DNA of 63,290 nt, counting the filler, from Octopus bimaculoides (taxonomy: Eukaryota), in NCBI RefSeq assembly GCF_001194135.2. It is 10 parts of 9 records of this genome, joined end to end, with 100 filler letters (N's around TTAATTAATTAA, not from the genome) between each part and the next. Parts side by side here need not be neighbours in the genome. Positions count along the whole stretch, not along the records: positions 9,881 to 17,139 come from NC_068982.1; positions 17,240 to 22,613 come from NC_068991.1; positions 22,714 to 31,068 come from NC_068988.1; 7 more parts are not named here. One strand, 5' to 3'. Positions within the stretch are counted from its first letter, which is position 1, and the number at the start of each line of letters is the position of its first letter. Below are positions 13,901 through 26,799 of this stretch, piece by piece. Under the pieces are notes generated by a model. The model was not told the origin of the DNA, made no database searches, and saw nothing but the letters and a program-made list of their open reading frames with translations. A program made the translations under genes and the position numbers.

Positions 13901-14139
13901 GATATATAGATATATATATATTAGCATTAGCATTAATACTCTAGAAACCCGTTGTAGGTGTTTCATGCAAGCATAACTATCAAAAATATCAAAACCCACA
14001 TGTTTACGAAATATTTGTATAGAAAGTCTAGAAGATAGTTCAAGATTTTTATATAATTTATATACCACAAGATGGCAAGCTACAGAATCTTTAACACGAA
14101 GGGAAGCATTCTTAGCGTCTTTTTGTCTGTCTCTATGTT

Positions 14140-14500
14140 ATGATTTCAAATTTCGTCCAGTCCTCAATCTCGGGGTCGGGTCAATAAAATAAAATACCAG
14201 TTGAATACTAGGATCGATCCAAGCGTCTTAACTCCACCCACCCCCACCGAAATTGTTATTCTTATGCCAAAATTTGAAAGCAGTATAGTTTATATACCAT
14301 AAGGCGACGAGCTAGGAAAACCGTTTAGCACACCGGGTAAAATACTTAGTGGCATTTCGTCCGTCTTCAAGTTCGAAGTTGAAATTCCGCCGAGGTCAAC
14401 TTTGTCTTTCGTCGACAAAATAAGTGTCAGTTGAGCCCTGGAGTCGATGTAATCGACTATCTCCCGAAATTGCTGGCCTTTTGCAAAACTTTGAAAGCAA
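14140..14500 (+). mobile_element. Two head-to-tail SINE family A copies (first partial)
   Basis: Partial copy 14140-14285 then copy 14300-14500. Confidence 0.7.
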
Positions 14501-14978
14501 TATAAATTCATATACACCCACCAGGATTTCGCTGCTCTTTGAACAGTTGTCTTTCTAAATGATAGCCACACATGTAAAGTCATAGATTCATTTCTAAGGG
14601 ACCATATTTCTTTCTCTTCCTTTCTGCTTCCCGTGCTCTCTCTCATCTTCTTTTCACAAATGTCTTTGTTCAGTAATTTTGTCTGTGTATTCCTTTATTT
14701 CAGTTTCCTTATTTCGGTCTCGGCCATGTATAGCAACAGTTTCACCCTACAATACTTCAGTAGAAAACAGGTAAGAGATACAAAGATTCACTATGTAAAA
14801 TCCGAGCTGATTTCAAGTTTTATTCGTACTCATTAGTTCGTAGCATAACATCATTCTTAAATATTCTTCATTTTGTTATGTTTACCATCCTAGACCCAAA
14901 TGTGATGTGAATAAAGTTTTCTGATTTATGTACCAAAACCTTCAAAGTATTGTGCATGTCTATTAAAATATACATTGG

Positions 14979-15196
14979 TTTCAAAATTGGCACAAGACCT
15001 GAAATGTCGGGAGAGGAAGTAAGTTGATTACATCGACCCCAGTTCTCAAGTGGTATTTATTTTATCGACCCCGAAAGGATGAAAGGCACAGTTGACCTCA
15101 GTAGGATGCTGCGTTAAATGAAACTTAGAACGTAGACAAACGAAATGCTGCTGGACAGTTTATCCGGCGTGCTTACGATTCTTCCGGCTTGCCTCT
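14979..15196 (-). mobile_element. SINE family A
   Basis: ATCGACCCCGAAAGGATGAAAGGC..GTTGACCTC core and head on the minus strand. Confidence 0.8.
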
Positions 15197-16943
15197 TTTT
15201 CCTGTCAAAAAAGTATATTGAAGATAGAAAATGGTAAATAACCCCGCAGTTTACGTAATGTTCCGTGGGTACAATCTTTGATAAATTGGGTTCAAATATT
15301 AAAGTTAACACTGCCCAATCGACTGATAAATTTAAATACAAAATTTCGCATTAGTTAGAGAGAAACGAAATAAATATTTCTTGCTAAGATCATTTATTTA
15401 TTCGTCGGTTATTACGATTTATATACATACAAGAGAAAAGATATTTCTCATGTTTGCATGTTAAGGAAACGTAATAGAGACAGAAAACCTAGCGATGATT
15501 CGATCCAGGAAAAAAAAGTTAGTAGTTAATACGATTCATTAAATAAGAATCTTTCGAGTTTTCTATCCATTGAGATCGTACTTCTACAAACGTTTTCGTA
15601 TGTTGTAAGAGATTTTAGAAAATCAGATTATCAACTGCACACATACAACACGCACATATATACATGCATATATGCATATACATATTCTCAAACAAACACA
15701 CAGAAATAGATAAACGCATACATACATACATACATACATATATACATACATACATATAAATACATATATACATACGTACACATCTATATACAAAAACACT
15801 CACGCGCATACACATATGCGGCTTATTTTATTATGAGAACTAACAAGGATTAAGTATATAGTAAAGAATACAGCTATATAGCTGTGCATGGAACAGATAA
15901 AGGAGATGGAAAATAAATATATATAAGAAACTGAGAGGCAAGGTAGATAAGATTATGAAAATGGCAAAGACATTAAGGAAGAATATTAGGAATTGTTACG
16001 ATATGGTATCTTCCTTTTTGTATGTATTCTCTTTTAAGTTAACTGCTAGTGCAAATAGTTATGAGCCTTTCAAGCAGAGAAATATGTTATGTGCGATATT
16101 ATGCGCGAGTAAACTTTGTGTAACAGAGTGTGTACAATGACATTTCCTGATTGAAACTGAAGAAAATGACAAAGGTGAGAGACGAATGTTTGAATCAGCT
16201 TTGGGATGATTTAATATAATACTTAATCGGATTCATGTTTAATTATATATATATATATATATCATTAAACATTAATTTAGAAAGAAGACCAGACCTTACT
16301 TGTAGGCAGTTGGGACAGAAATTAAAGAATCGGTTCTTTAAGTCTATATTTCTATCTCTTGTGTCCATGATCCAGTGTGTAATGAATACTCCGTTGTTGT
16401 AAAGGGTTGATAAATTAAGTACCACTTGCATACTAGGGTCGATCTAATTGACTAGAGTAGAAAAGTACACTGTCGTCGCAAATGAGAGATGTTGTTCTGT
16501 GAGGTAAACACCCACGACGTATTATATTCCGCGTTCAAATTTTGTGAACGCATGGCAAATAAATAAACAAAACATCGTCTCTTTTTATATATATATGTAT
16601 TATGCTTTCGGAACATGTCGAAGAAAATTTCATATTTTATCGTCCCATTCCATATGCGTGAATGCGTAGGTGCATAAGACTGCTTGTATGCATAAATGCA
16701 TTTATATACACAGGCATTATTTCATCACCATTTTTCATTATTTTTATCAATATTTCTGTTCAGTCATGTGAAAATCTATTATTTGTTATGTAGAAACATT
16801 CACTTCACTCCGACGCAAATCGACATTGGTTTTCTAGAGCACATAGCTGTTCATTCCAGAGGTAGTATTGATCCCAAGGAACTTCTAAATACATACCTGC
16901 TATATGTGTTTTGTATATCTGTACATGAGTATCAATATATTAT

Positions 16944-17008
<65 letters not shown>

Positions 17009-17021
17009 TAGATAGATAGAC

Positions 17022-17058
<37 letters not shown>

Positions 17059-17139
17059 CATTTCTTTTATTAGCCACACAGGGCTCAACGAAGATGGGAC
17101 AAATACAATGTAGAGCTTTTCTTTTTGGGAGGGGGGAGG

Positions 17140-17239
17140 NNNNNNNNNNNNNNNNNNNNNNNNNNNNNNNNNNNNNNNNNNNNTTAATTAATTAANNNNN
17201 NNNNNNNNNNNNNNNNNNNNNNNNNNNNNNNNNNNNNNN
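17140..17239. other. Artificial scaffold-joining spacer
   Basis: N44-TTAATTAATTAA-N44. Confidence 0.95.
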
Positions 17240-17430
17240 TGTGTGTGTGTGTGTGTGTTTTGAGAAGAAAAAAATGAAAATGGGGTTTTGCGTTACGATC
17301 AGGGTTTCGGATCTGTACGTAAGATGAGCGAAAGACAAATTCGTAATACGAAACTGCACTGATTCCATTTCGTTCTGCAATCTACGTATGTATGTATGCA
17401 TGTATGTATGTATGTCTCTTCTATTTTTTA

Positions 17431-17758
17431 ATTATTATAAATCTTCCACTGAGGAGAGAGCCGGTTCCCAACACAGATACAAGTTTCCATCTTTAGGATG
17501 TAGCTAACACAGGCAAATTCACATTTGGAACTTGAGAAAAGTCTTGCATATTTTTACTGTTCCACTCACAGATTGTACTTGTAATGTACGAATTAATCGG
17601 TCGATTTCTCTTTCTGAAAACCTCAGTTTATCTAGATTCTTCTTTAAGCATTCACTAACAAGACCTAGTGCTCCAATTATTATTGGTATGAATATGAATT
17701 CTTAGTCTGGATATAGAAGCTGGAGGTTTCGAAAAAGTTGTCCATAGATATCCTCTTT
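17431..17758 (-). mobile_element. 3' end of another RLE-type (R4/CRE-like) LINE with short TAA tail
   Basis: KEDIYGQLFRNLQLLYPD*EFIFIPIIIGALGLVSECLKKNLDKL...LQVQSVSGTVKICKTFLKFQM*, ending GATTTATAATAAT. Confidence 0.7.
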
Positions 17759-17941
17759 AGCATTTCGTCCGGCGCGCTAACAATTCACCCAGCTCACTGC
17801 ATTTATAATAATAATAATAATGATAATAATAGAGTCAAAATTAAAAGAAGAGTGCCATTTGTTATCTGGTGAACGATATTTCGACATCTCGTGTGTCTTC
17901 AACTGGTTCAAAAAATAAAATTGTCAATCTACTTCATTTTG

Positions 17942-18045
<104 letters not shown>

Positions 18046-18211
18046 TCTCTTTTGTATGTGTTATTCGTTTCAGGTATTAGACTGCGGCAACTCTGGTGAG
18101 GGTTACCTTGAAGTGTTTAATCCAGCATATCGAACCCACTTTCCGTCAATCAAATCCACTAACAATGCTTTGGTCAGACTGGGGATATAATAGAAGACTC
18201 TTACCCAAGTG

Positions 18212-18269
<58 letters not shown>

Positions 18270-18427
18270 CATCTATCCATCTATCTATCTTTCTATCTAT
18301 CTATCTATCTATCTTTCTTTTTTCTATGTATTTATCTTTCCTTCTCGTTCACTCTCAGTCATTCTTTTTCTCTCCTCCGCCTTTCCCTCTCTGTCACTAT
18401 ATATATATATAAACGCATAAAAGAATA

Positions 18428-18467
<40 letters not shown>

Positions 18468-18690
18468 GGGAGCGAGAGAGAGAGAGAGAGGGAGGGAGAG
18501 ATAAGAGGAAGGAGAGGATGTGTTTTAATGTACTTCGATTAAACAATAGAATTTGAGACATCATTGCAAAATGTTTTACGAAGGTCTCGCAAAAGCTTTA
18601 CATATTACATTATGTATTAAATTGTTTTAACAAAATTCTTTTACATAATAATTGTTTAGCAAAATCCGTTTTAAAATCATTTGCCGCAAA

Positions 18691-18778
<88 letters not shown>

Positions 18779-18780
<2 letters not shown>

Positions 18781-19200
18781 GCGTCGATCTGACAGAATCC
18801 TTAGCACGCTGGGCGAAATGCTTAGCGGCATTTCGTCCTTCTTTACTCTCTGATTTTATATTCCGCCGAAGTCACCTTGGCCTATCATCCCTTTCAGAGT
18901 AGATAAAATAAGTACCAGTTGGGCACTGAGGTCGTTGTAATCGACTTATCCCATCTTCGAACTTGCTGGTCTTGTGCTAAAAGTTGAAATCAATATTTAT
19001 TCCTATTTACAAGGCGGTAAGCTGTCAGAATCGTCGGGAACGCCGGGCAAAATACTTAACGGTATATTTCGTCCGTTTTTACGTTGTGAGTTTAAATTCC
19101 GCAGAGGTCGATTAAATAAGCATCAGTTGAGCGTTAGGGGTCGATGTAATTCCTTCCTTCGAAATTACTGATCTTGTGCCAAAATTTGAAATCAATATTT
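18779..19200 (+). mobile_element. Two head-to-tail SINE family A copies
   Basis: 18779-18997 and 19011-19200; the second has an internal deletion. Confidence 0.82.
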
Positions 19201-19408
19201 ATCCATATTTGCACCTGTCAATTTTTCTATTTTTCATTCTGTTTAAAAATTTTTTTCTTTCTCATTATGTCTTTCTTTCCTTCAGTGATTCTTCTCTGTC
19301 TCCCAATCTTTCTCACTAAATCACACAGTCTCTATTTACCCCATGCTACGTCTTACAATTTCTTCTTTTCTCTACCCTCTCACCTTTTTTAACTTTCTGT
19401 CTCTGCCT

Positions 19409-19670
19409 CTTCGATTCACTCTCTCGCCTCTCTTTCATTCTCTCGCCTTTCTTTCATTCTCTCGCTTCTCTTTCAGTCTCTCGCCTCTCTTTCATTCTCT
19501 CGCCTCTCTTTCAGTCTCTCGCCTCTCTTTCATTCTCTCGCCTCTCTTTCATCCTCTCGCCTCTCTTTCAGTCTCTCGCCTCTCTTTCATTCTCTCGCCT
19601 CTCTTTCATTCTCTCGCCTCTCTTTCAGTCTCTCGCCTCTCTTTCACTCTCTCGCCTCTCTTTCATTCTC
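19409..19670 (+). repeat. 19-bp minisatellite CTCTCGCCTCTCTTTCA(T/G)T, about 13 copies
   Basis: Direct reading. Confidence 0.9.
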
Positions 19671-19859
19671 TTTCCATCGCTTAATCTCACATTCCTGCTA
19701 CTCATCTCTTCCGTTATTTACTACAATCTTACGATGTCTCCCCTAACTCTTTCTCTGCCTTTCACACAGACGCCCTCTCCTATTCTTTCTTCCTTTTTGT
19801 TTTATTGATGTTCTCTCTTCAATCTTTCTCAGCCACCTCTCTCATACATTCTTTTATCT

Positions 19860-20312
19860 TCCCGTGTCTCTGTCTGACTGCCTATCTCTCTTTCTCTTCA
19901 CCTCTCTCTTTCTCCTTTTCTCTCTCCTCCTTTCTTTCATATTCTCTCTTCATTTCTCCGTCCTCTCTCTGTTTCTCTCATCCACCTGTCTACTACATCT
20001 TGTCATCCGTCCGTGTCTGTCTACTTGCCTGTTTGTCTGTCTGTCTGTCTGTCTGTCTCTCTACCTCTTCACCTCTATATCTTTCTTTTCACCTCTGTCT
20101 CTCTCTTTCTCTCTCTCTCCTCTTTATTTCATATTCTCTTCTCATTCCTCTCTCTCTCGGTTTATTTCTCTCACTCACCTGTCTCAAGCAGCTTTACCTG
20201 TCTGTCTGTCTGTCTGCATGTGTCTGTCAGTCTGTCTGCTTGTCTGTCTGTCTGTGTCTGTCTGTCTGTGTCTGTCTGTGTCTGTCTGTCTGTGTCTGTC
20301 TATCTGTCTGTC

Positions 20313-20365
<53 letters not shown>

Positions 20366-20600
20366 GTCTCTTCACCTCAATCTCTTTCTGTTCACCTCTG
20401 TCTCTCCATTTCTCTCGCTTTCTCTCTCTCTCCTCTTTATTTCATATTCTCTTCTCTTTCCTCTCTCTCCCAGTTTATTTCTCTCATCCATCTGTCTCAA
20501 GCAGATTTACCTGTTCGTCTGTCTGTCTGTCTGCCTGCCTGTATCTATCCGTCTGTCTGTCTGTTTGTCTGTCTGTCTAACTGTCTGTCTCTGTCTGTCT
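19860..20600 (+). repeat. Pyrimidine-rich higher-order tandem repeat (about 3 units) containing (TCTG)n
   Basis: The block TCTTCACCTC...TTTCATATTCTCT...CTGTCTCAAGCAG.TTTACCTG recurs near 20060 and 20370, with a more diverged unit near 19890. Confidence 0.75.
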
Positions 20601-21554
20601 TTCCCTCCCTTTATTCCTAAACGTATCTCTGTTTTTACCTCTGTTTCTCACCCACTGACATTTTGTCATTTTTCTCTCTCCGCCTACATTCACACTGACT
20701 TTCTCTCCCTCANNNNNNNNNNNNNNNNNNNNNNNNNNNNNNNNNNNNNNNNNNNNNNNNNNNNNNNNNNNNNNNNNNNNNNNNNNNNNNNNNNNNNNNN
20801 NNNNNNNNNNNNNNNNNNNNNNNNNNNNNNNNNNNNNNNNNNNNNNNNNNNNNNNNNNNNNNNNNNNNNNNNNNNNNNNNNNNNNNNNNNNNNNNNNNNN
20901 NNNNNNNNNNNNNNNNNNNNNNNNNNNNNNNNNNNNNNNNNNNNNNNNNNNNNNNNNNNNNNNNNNNNNNNNNNNNNNNNNNNNNNNNNNNNNNNNNNNN
21001 NNNNNNNNNNNNNNNNNNNNNNNNNNNNNNNNNNNNNNNNNNNNNNNNNNNNNNNNNNNNNNNNNNNNNNNNNNNNNNNNNNNNNNNNNNNNNNNNNNNN
21101 NNNNNNNNNNNNNNNNNNNNNNNNNNNNNNNNNNNNNNNNNNNNNNNNNNNNNNNNNNNNNNNNNNNNNNNNNNNNNNNNNNNNNNNNNNNNNNNNNNNN
21201 NNNNNNNNNNNNNNNNNNNNNNNNNNNNNNNNNNNNNNNNNNNNNNNNNNNNNNNNNNNNNNNNNNNNNNNNNNNNNNNNNNNNNNNNNNNNNNNNNNNN
21301 NNNNNNNNNNNNNNNNNNNNNNNNNNNNNNNNNNNNNNNNNNNNNNNNNNNNNNNNNNNNNNNNNNNNNNNNNNNNNNNNNNNNNNNNNNNNNNNNNNNN
21401 NNNNNNNNNNNNNNNNNNNNNNNNNNNNNNNNNNNNNNNNNNNNNNNNNNNNNNNNNNNNNNNNNNNNNNNNNNNNNNNNNNNNNNNNNNNNNNNNNNNN
21501 NNNNNNNNNNNNNNNNNNNNNNNNNNNNNNNNNNNNNNNNNNNNNNNNNNNNNN

Positions 21555-21605
<51 letters not shown>

Positions 21606-21623
21606 ACCCACCACCACCACCAT

Positions 21624-21665
<42 letters not shown>

Positions 21666-21683
21666 AACCACCACCACCACCAT

Positions 21684-21743
<60 letters not shown>

Positions 21744-22030
21744 CAATAACACCAACGCTATGACGACTTATTACTATTACCGTCACCTCTACTACTACCA
21801 CTACAGCTACCACCACTATCACCACCACCACCACCACCACCACTAGCATAACTATTACTAAAACTACCACCACTAACACTAGCATCACCGCCACCACCCC
21901 AACATCACTACCTACAGCATCAACGCCACAAGCACTAACACCACCATCATCACCAGCATCACCACCACCACGTCTCCTCCTACTATAAAAAAAACAACAA
22001 CCACAACAACAACGACAGCTACTTCTTCTT

Positions 22031-22079
<49 letters not shown>

Positions 22080-22085
22080 TACTCT
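21555..22085 (+). repeat. Compound (TAC)n/(CAC)n trinucleotide repeat
   Basis: Direct reading. Confidence 0.9.
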
Positions 22086-22419
22086 TTTATTCCTAAATTA
22101 AATTTACTTCTATATCCCTGCTGGTTCATGATTTAAGTTACATGTCCACTTAATAGATTGTGTATAACAATCATCGCAATATGTAACTGTACAACAGAAA
22201 CGTGTTACGTATTCTCTTCCGGCAATTTGTTTTAAAATCCGACTGATGATTGCTAGAAACAAAGTATAAAATACAGAGCCGTGTACCAGTAGATACCTCC
22301 TTTGATGGTTTATGTGTGCACAATGCATAAATCCGTTCCCTTGAAAAATGGCAACGTACACAAATAGGTAGTCCTATGCATGTTGATTGAACCATAGAAG
22401 ATCGTGAAACCGTTCAGTA

Positions 22420-22613
22420 ATTTTTTCTACTCTAGGCACGAGGCCCGAAATTTTTGGAGGAAGGGAGCCAGTCGATTAAGTCGATCCCAGTACGCGACTG
22501 GTAGTTAATTTATCGACTCCGAAAGGTTGTAAGGCAAAGTCGACCTCGGCGGAATTTGAACTCAGAACGTAAAAACGGACGAAATACCGCTAATCATTTA
22601 ACCCCGGCGTGCT
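22420..22613 (-). mobile_element. SINE family A, cut by scaffold end
   Basis: GGCAAAGTCGACCTCGGCGGAATTTGAACTCAGAAC. Confidence 0.82.
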
Positions 22614-22713
22614 NNNNNNNNNNNNNNNNNNNNNNNNNNNNNNNNNNNNNNNNNNNNTTAATTAATTAANNNNNNNNNNNNNNNNNNNNNNNNNNNNNNN
22701 NNNNNNNNNNNNN
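22614..22713. other. Artificial scaffold-joining spacer
   Basis: N44-TTAATTAATTAA-N44. Confidence 0.95.
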
Positions 22714-23000
22714 TTTCCAATCGAAGTTGGATGTAGAGGGTTTGTAGGACACAGTGTGAGACGACTGCTGTTATCGTTAGGCCTAACTCATCGTAAGGTA
22801 AATACCACCATGACCGATATCCAAAATACAGTGGAGAAGGCTAACCACTGGATTTGGTTAAAAAGAGACGATGAGTGATGGCTAGAGACATATTGAGCTT
22901 TGTTTTTAATAACCAGTTGATCTAGCAAGCAGGGCCTCATATCAGTGAGGGGGGCAGGTATGCATTGATGCCGTTGAGATAGACCCCGAAACAGCGTGCA
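22714..23000 (+). mobile_element. HERO/NeSL-like LINE 3' end (same family as 4568-5779)
   Basis: FPIEVGCRGFVGHSVRRLLLSLGL...VEKANHWIWLKRD. Shares the nucleotide block TTTCCAATCGAAGT.GGAT...GTGAGACGACTG.T.TTATCGTTAGGCCTAACTC with 4568-4635. Confidence 0.8.
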
Positions 23001-23139
23001 TTCTCTCCTGATAACCCCATACACTTGCTGGCTTCCGGTATGCAGGAGTTCTCAACTGGTAGCACTTGCATGTGCAAGTTGTTTGCAAGACATATATATG
23101 CAGATATACATACATGTGTATATATATATATATATCCCT

Positions 23140-23853
23140 AAATCAAAATCACTGCATGACCTGGACATTGACATGAGCAAGGATGCTTCTTTCCAGCTGC
23201 ATATTACCAATTTGGTAATAAAATGCAGATGGCTGGCTGGCTGGCTGGCTGGCTGGATCCTCCGAACTATCAAAACAAGAGAAAAGGAGACTTTGATGAT
23301 CCTTTGGAGGACATACGTTCTCAGCCGCTTAGATTATTGCTCCCAACTATGGTCAACACACAATATAAAATCCACAGCGGAACTCGAAGCAATCCAACGA
23401 AGCTACACTAAGAAAACTGTCTCGATGCAACATGTCAGCTACTGGGAAAGACTTAAAGAATTAAAACTCTTCTCCCTGGAACAAAGGTGGGAGAGATATG
23501 CAGTGATATACATCTGGAAAATCCTAGGCCTTGTACCAAGCTTTGGCATTGAAAGTTACTCAGACTGTAGAATGGAGCGCCACTGCATAGTGCCAAAGAT
23601 CTTAGCATCGCCATCAAAACACAGGACTAGATACTGCAACATCTTGGGCTTCAAGGGCCCACATCTCTTTAATATCCTTCCAAAATGCCTGAGAGACCTG
23701 CATGGTGTGGATGTAAGTGTCTTTAAAACAAAACTAGATCTCTTCCTGTTACGGGTTCCAGATGAGCCTACCACACTGCAGGAAACACAGATGAGGGCAA
23801 CAGCATCAAACTCCGCCATTGACCACATGCCACATATCAGAGGAGGTTCCAAA
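23140..23853 (+). mobile_element. CR1-clade LINE RT C-terminal fragment
   Basis: LDIDMSKDASFQLHI..AGWILRT..YVLSRLDYCSQLWS..LEAIQRSYTK..SYWERLKELKLFSLEQRWERY. Confidence 0.85.
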
Positions 23854-23939
23854 TAATTATATAGCTCTGTCAATGGTGGTGCTCCAGCATGACCGCTGCT
23901 TTGCAGCTGAAACATTTTAAAATAATTAAAACAAAATAA

Positions 23940-24009
<70 letters not shown>

Positions 24010-24239
24010 ATATATATAAGCATATATATATGCATATATATACATGTGTATATATATGTGTGTATATGTATATATACATACATATATATATGTATATAGA
24101 TATATATATATTCTGTTGTGTCTGGGGAGAGTCATTCTCTTTTGGTGCCTTATAATTTAACACACTCGCCAGTAAAATTTCCACTTATTTCTTTTTTTTT
24201 TTCCTAAAATTTTTGTTGTGTATATATATTGAGGTAATG

Positions 24240-24778
24240 ACAAGTGACCAAGACCTTTGGGGATATGCAGTACTTGAGAAAACCTGGCAAGCCAAGTGAG
24301 ACCATAACTGTGGCCAATGCCAGTGCAGCATTACCAGCGCATTTAAGAGTACCCTTCAATCATTGGGCAATAAACTGCTCTTGCGAAGACCTGTTGAGGT
24401 AAGTGAAATTACTGCCATGGTCAAAGACAGTACTGCCTAATTGGCACCTGTGCCAGTGGCACATTAAGAGCACCATTTGAGCGTGATCATTGCTAGTGCT
24501 GCCTGATTGGCTTTTGTGCTGGTTGCATGCAAAAATGCACTAATTGAGCGTGGTCAATGCCTGTACCACCTGACTGGCCCTAGTGCCAGTGGCATGTAAA
24601 AAGCACCCACTACACTTTCAGAGCGGTTGGCATTAGGAAGGGCATCCAACTGTAGAAACTCTGCCAGATCAGATTGGAGCCTGGTGCAGCCTTCTGGCTC
24701 GCCAGCACTCAGTCAAACTGTCCAACCCATGTCAGCAGGGAAAGCAGATGTTAAACGACGATGATGATGACGATGTTT
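24240..24778 (+). mobile_element. RTE-clade LINE 3' terminus and 3' UTR with (GAT)n tail
   Basis: Homologous to 55990-56650: GACCTTTGG..GAGAAAACC..AAGTGAG..AAAAGCACCCACTACAC..AGGAAGGGCATCC..CAACCCATG..GTTAAACGACGATGATG. Confidence 0.8.
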
Positions 24779-24888
24779 TATTTATATATGTGTCTGTGTG
24801 TGTATATATGTGTGTGTGTGTGTATACATACATGTGTATATGTATATATATGTATATATGTATATATATATATATACATATACATATA

Positions 24889-25489
24889 GGTGCAGGAGTG
24901 ACTGTGCAGTAAGTAGCTTGCTTACCAACCACATGGTTCCAGGTTCAGTCCCACTGCATGGCACCTTGGGCAAGTGTCTTCTACTATAGCCTCNNNNNNN
25001 NNNNNNNNNNNNNNNNNNNNNNNNNNNNNNNNNNNNNNNNNNNNNNNNNNNNNNNNNNNNNNNNNNNNNNNNNNNNNNNNNNNNNNNNNNNNNNNNNNNN
25101 NNNNNNNNNNNNNNNNNNNNNNNNNNNNNNNNNNNNNNNNNNNNNNNNNNNNNNNNNNNNNNNNNNNNNNNNNNNNNNNNNNNNNNNNNNNNNNNNNNNN
25201 NNNNNNNNNNNNNNNNNNNNNNNNNNNNNNNNNNNNNNNNNNNNNNNNNNNNNNNNNNNNNNNNNNNNNNNNNNNNNNNNNNNNNNNNNNNNNNNNNNNN
25301 NNNNNNNNNNNNNNNNNNNNNNNNNNNNNNNNNNNNNNNNNNNNNNNNNNNNNNNNNNNNNNNNNNNNNNNNNNNNNNNNNNNNNNNNNNNNACGTCTCT
25401 GTCACTTAGTAGTTCGGCAAGAGAGACCGATAGAATAAGTACTAGGCTTACAAAGAATAAGTCCTGGGGTCAATTTGCTCGACTAAAGG
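24889..25489 (+). mobile_element. Composite tRNA-SINE (head B, gap, tail C)
   Basis: A/B-box head and GGCACCTTGGGCAAGTGTCTT block, an N gap, then the GATAGAATAAGTACTAGGCTTAC..GGGGTCAAT tail. Confidence 0.8.
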
Positions 25490-25559
25490 GAAAAAATATG
25501 GTTGGCAGTAGATTGTTTCAGCATGAATCTGGTTTGTTGTAGGTGGCATCTGCTTCTCA

Positions 25560-25920
25560 TGGTAGGAAAAGCACAGTTGAGAAGGATTCATGTCAGAGAT
25601 GGCCTGGACCATCCCCCCCTCTCTATGTATGCATGCATCAACCTGCAGCCTCCCACCTCATAGCTGTCTGTCACATGCACTAGTATGGACATGTCCTCTG
25701 TCTCCTGCAAGATCAGCCTACCAGGACTTTACTCTCAATTGACAGGGTAACTGCAGGCTGGAAGAGGTGTCATGGCAAGATCTGTACCAGCTGGCTGGAT
25801 GTAAATGGGGAGGATCTCCAGAGGCTCAATGTCACCTTGGAGGATGCACAGGGGCTGGCATGAGACCGCTGTGATGGAGAGCACTGGTGGACCTGGTCGG
25901 CTCTATGCATGATGATGCCT
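25560..25920 (+). mobile_element. Decayed RTE-like LINE C-terminal fragment
   Basis: GWKRCHGKICTSWLDV..EDLQRLNVTLEDAQGLA*DR..RALVDLV resembles the RTE C-terminus. Confidence 0.55.
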
Positions 25921-26298
25921 ATGGAACCTCTAATTTGGAATGACCCCAGCCCCATCAAACAAGAGCATGAAGTCAAGAAGCCAAGCTAAATCTGACTGTT
26001 TGAAAGATTCCTAAACTTCCAGATCTTCCCTTCCCAGATTGGTTTGCATCTCTGAGACCCCTATGTTGGGAAGTACATTCTTCATCAAGAAAGGACTTTG
26101 CATTCACAAGTATCTGCCTACCCTACTTTATAGTGAGAATGTAGTCAACCTGGCTTTTGTACCAGATTCAAAAGGTGATCGAAAGGTTGGTAGGTTAATG
26201 TTGCAGATCAACAAGTCATTAGCACTATAGACTCCCAGTAACCTTCTTCCCTCCTTATTTCTAGAATCCCACACATATTTATGCATACATATATACAA

Positions 26299-26330
<32 letters not shown>

Positions 26331-26411
26331 ACATACATGTATGCATATACAAATTTATATATACATATATACACATATATATGTGTATGACTGTGTCTGT
26401 ATGTGTGCGGA

Positions 26412-26785
26412 CCTCACAAAACAGCAAACACATAGAACAGACAGTCAGATGGAAACTAATTGCATTCCTTGAAGAGAATGACTTGCTGAATGATACTCAG
26501 CACAGTTTTCAACCAAGCAGAAGCTGCCTGACACAGCTCTTGCAGCACTACAACTGGGTGTTTAAGAAGCTAACCAACAACTCAAATGTGGACGTAATAT
26601 ATCTTGACTTTGCAAAAGCCTTTGATAAAGTTTACCATGATATATGTTATAAGCTGCATAATCTCAGCATAGTTGGAAAACTTGGAGAGTGGCCACACTA
26701 CTTTCTAAAAGATAAAAATTAGGTAGTAGTAGTCAACAGGACTATCTCCAAGGAAATGTAAATAATGAGTGGTGTTGGTCATTCA
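26412..26785 (+). mobile_element. CR1-clade RT fragment
   Basis: FLEENDLLNDTQHSFQPSRSCLTQLL..VDVIYLDFAKAFDKVYH. Confidence 0.88.
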
Positions 26786-26799
26786 CTTTGACCATTGAG

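Noticed and set aside
14704-14770. Candidate small exon (TTTATTTCAG acceptor, CAG|GTAAGA donor)
   Set aside because: No recognisable peptide or partner exon; such site pairs arise by chance
19409-19670. Regular 19-bp repeats as a CRISPR-like array
   Set aside because: No unique spacers, no cas genes, eukaryotic context
22945-23015. TTGATG..CCCGAAAC enclosed by an ATGCA/TGCAT stem in the HERO 3' UTR, hammerhead-like
   Set aside because: Core lacks C3 and A9 and has no stem III; at most a conserved UTR motif
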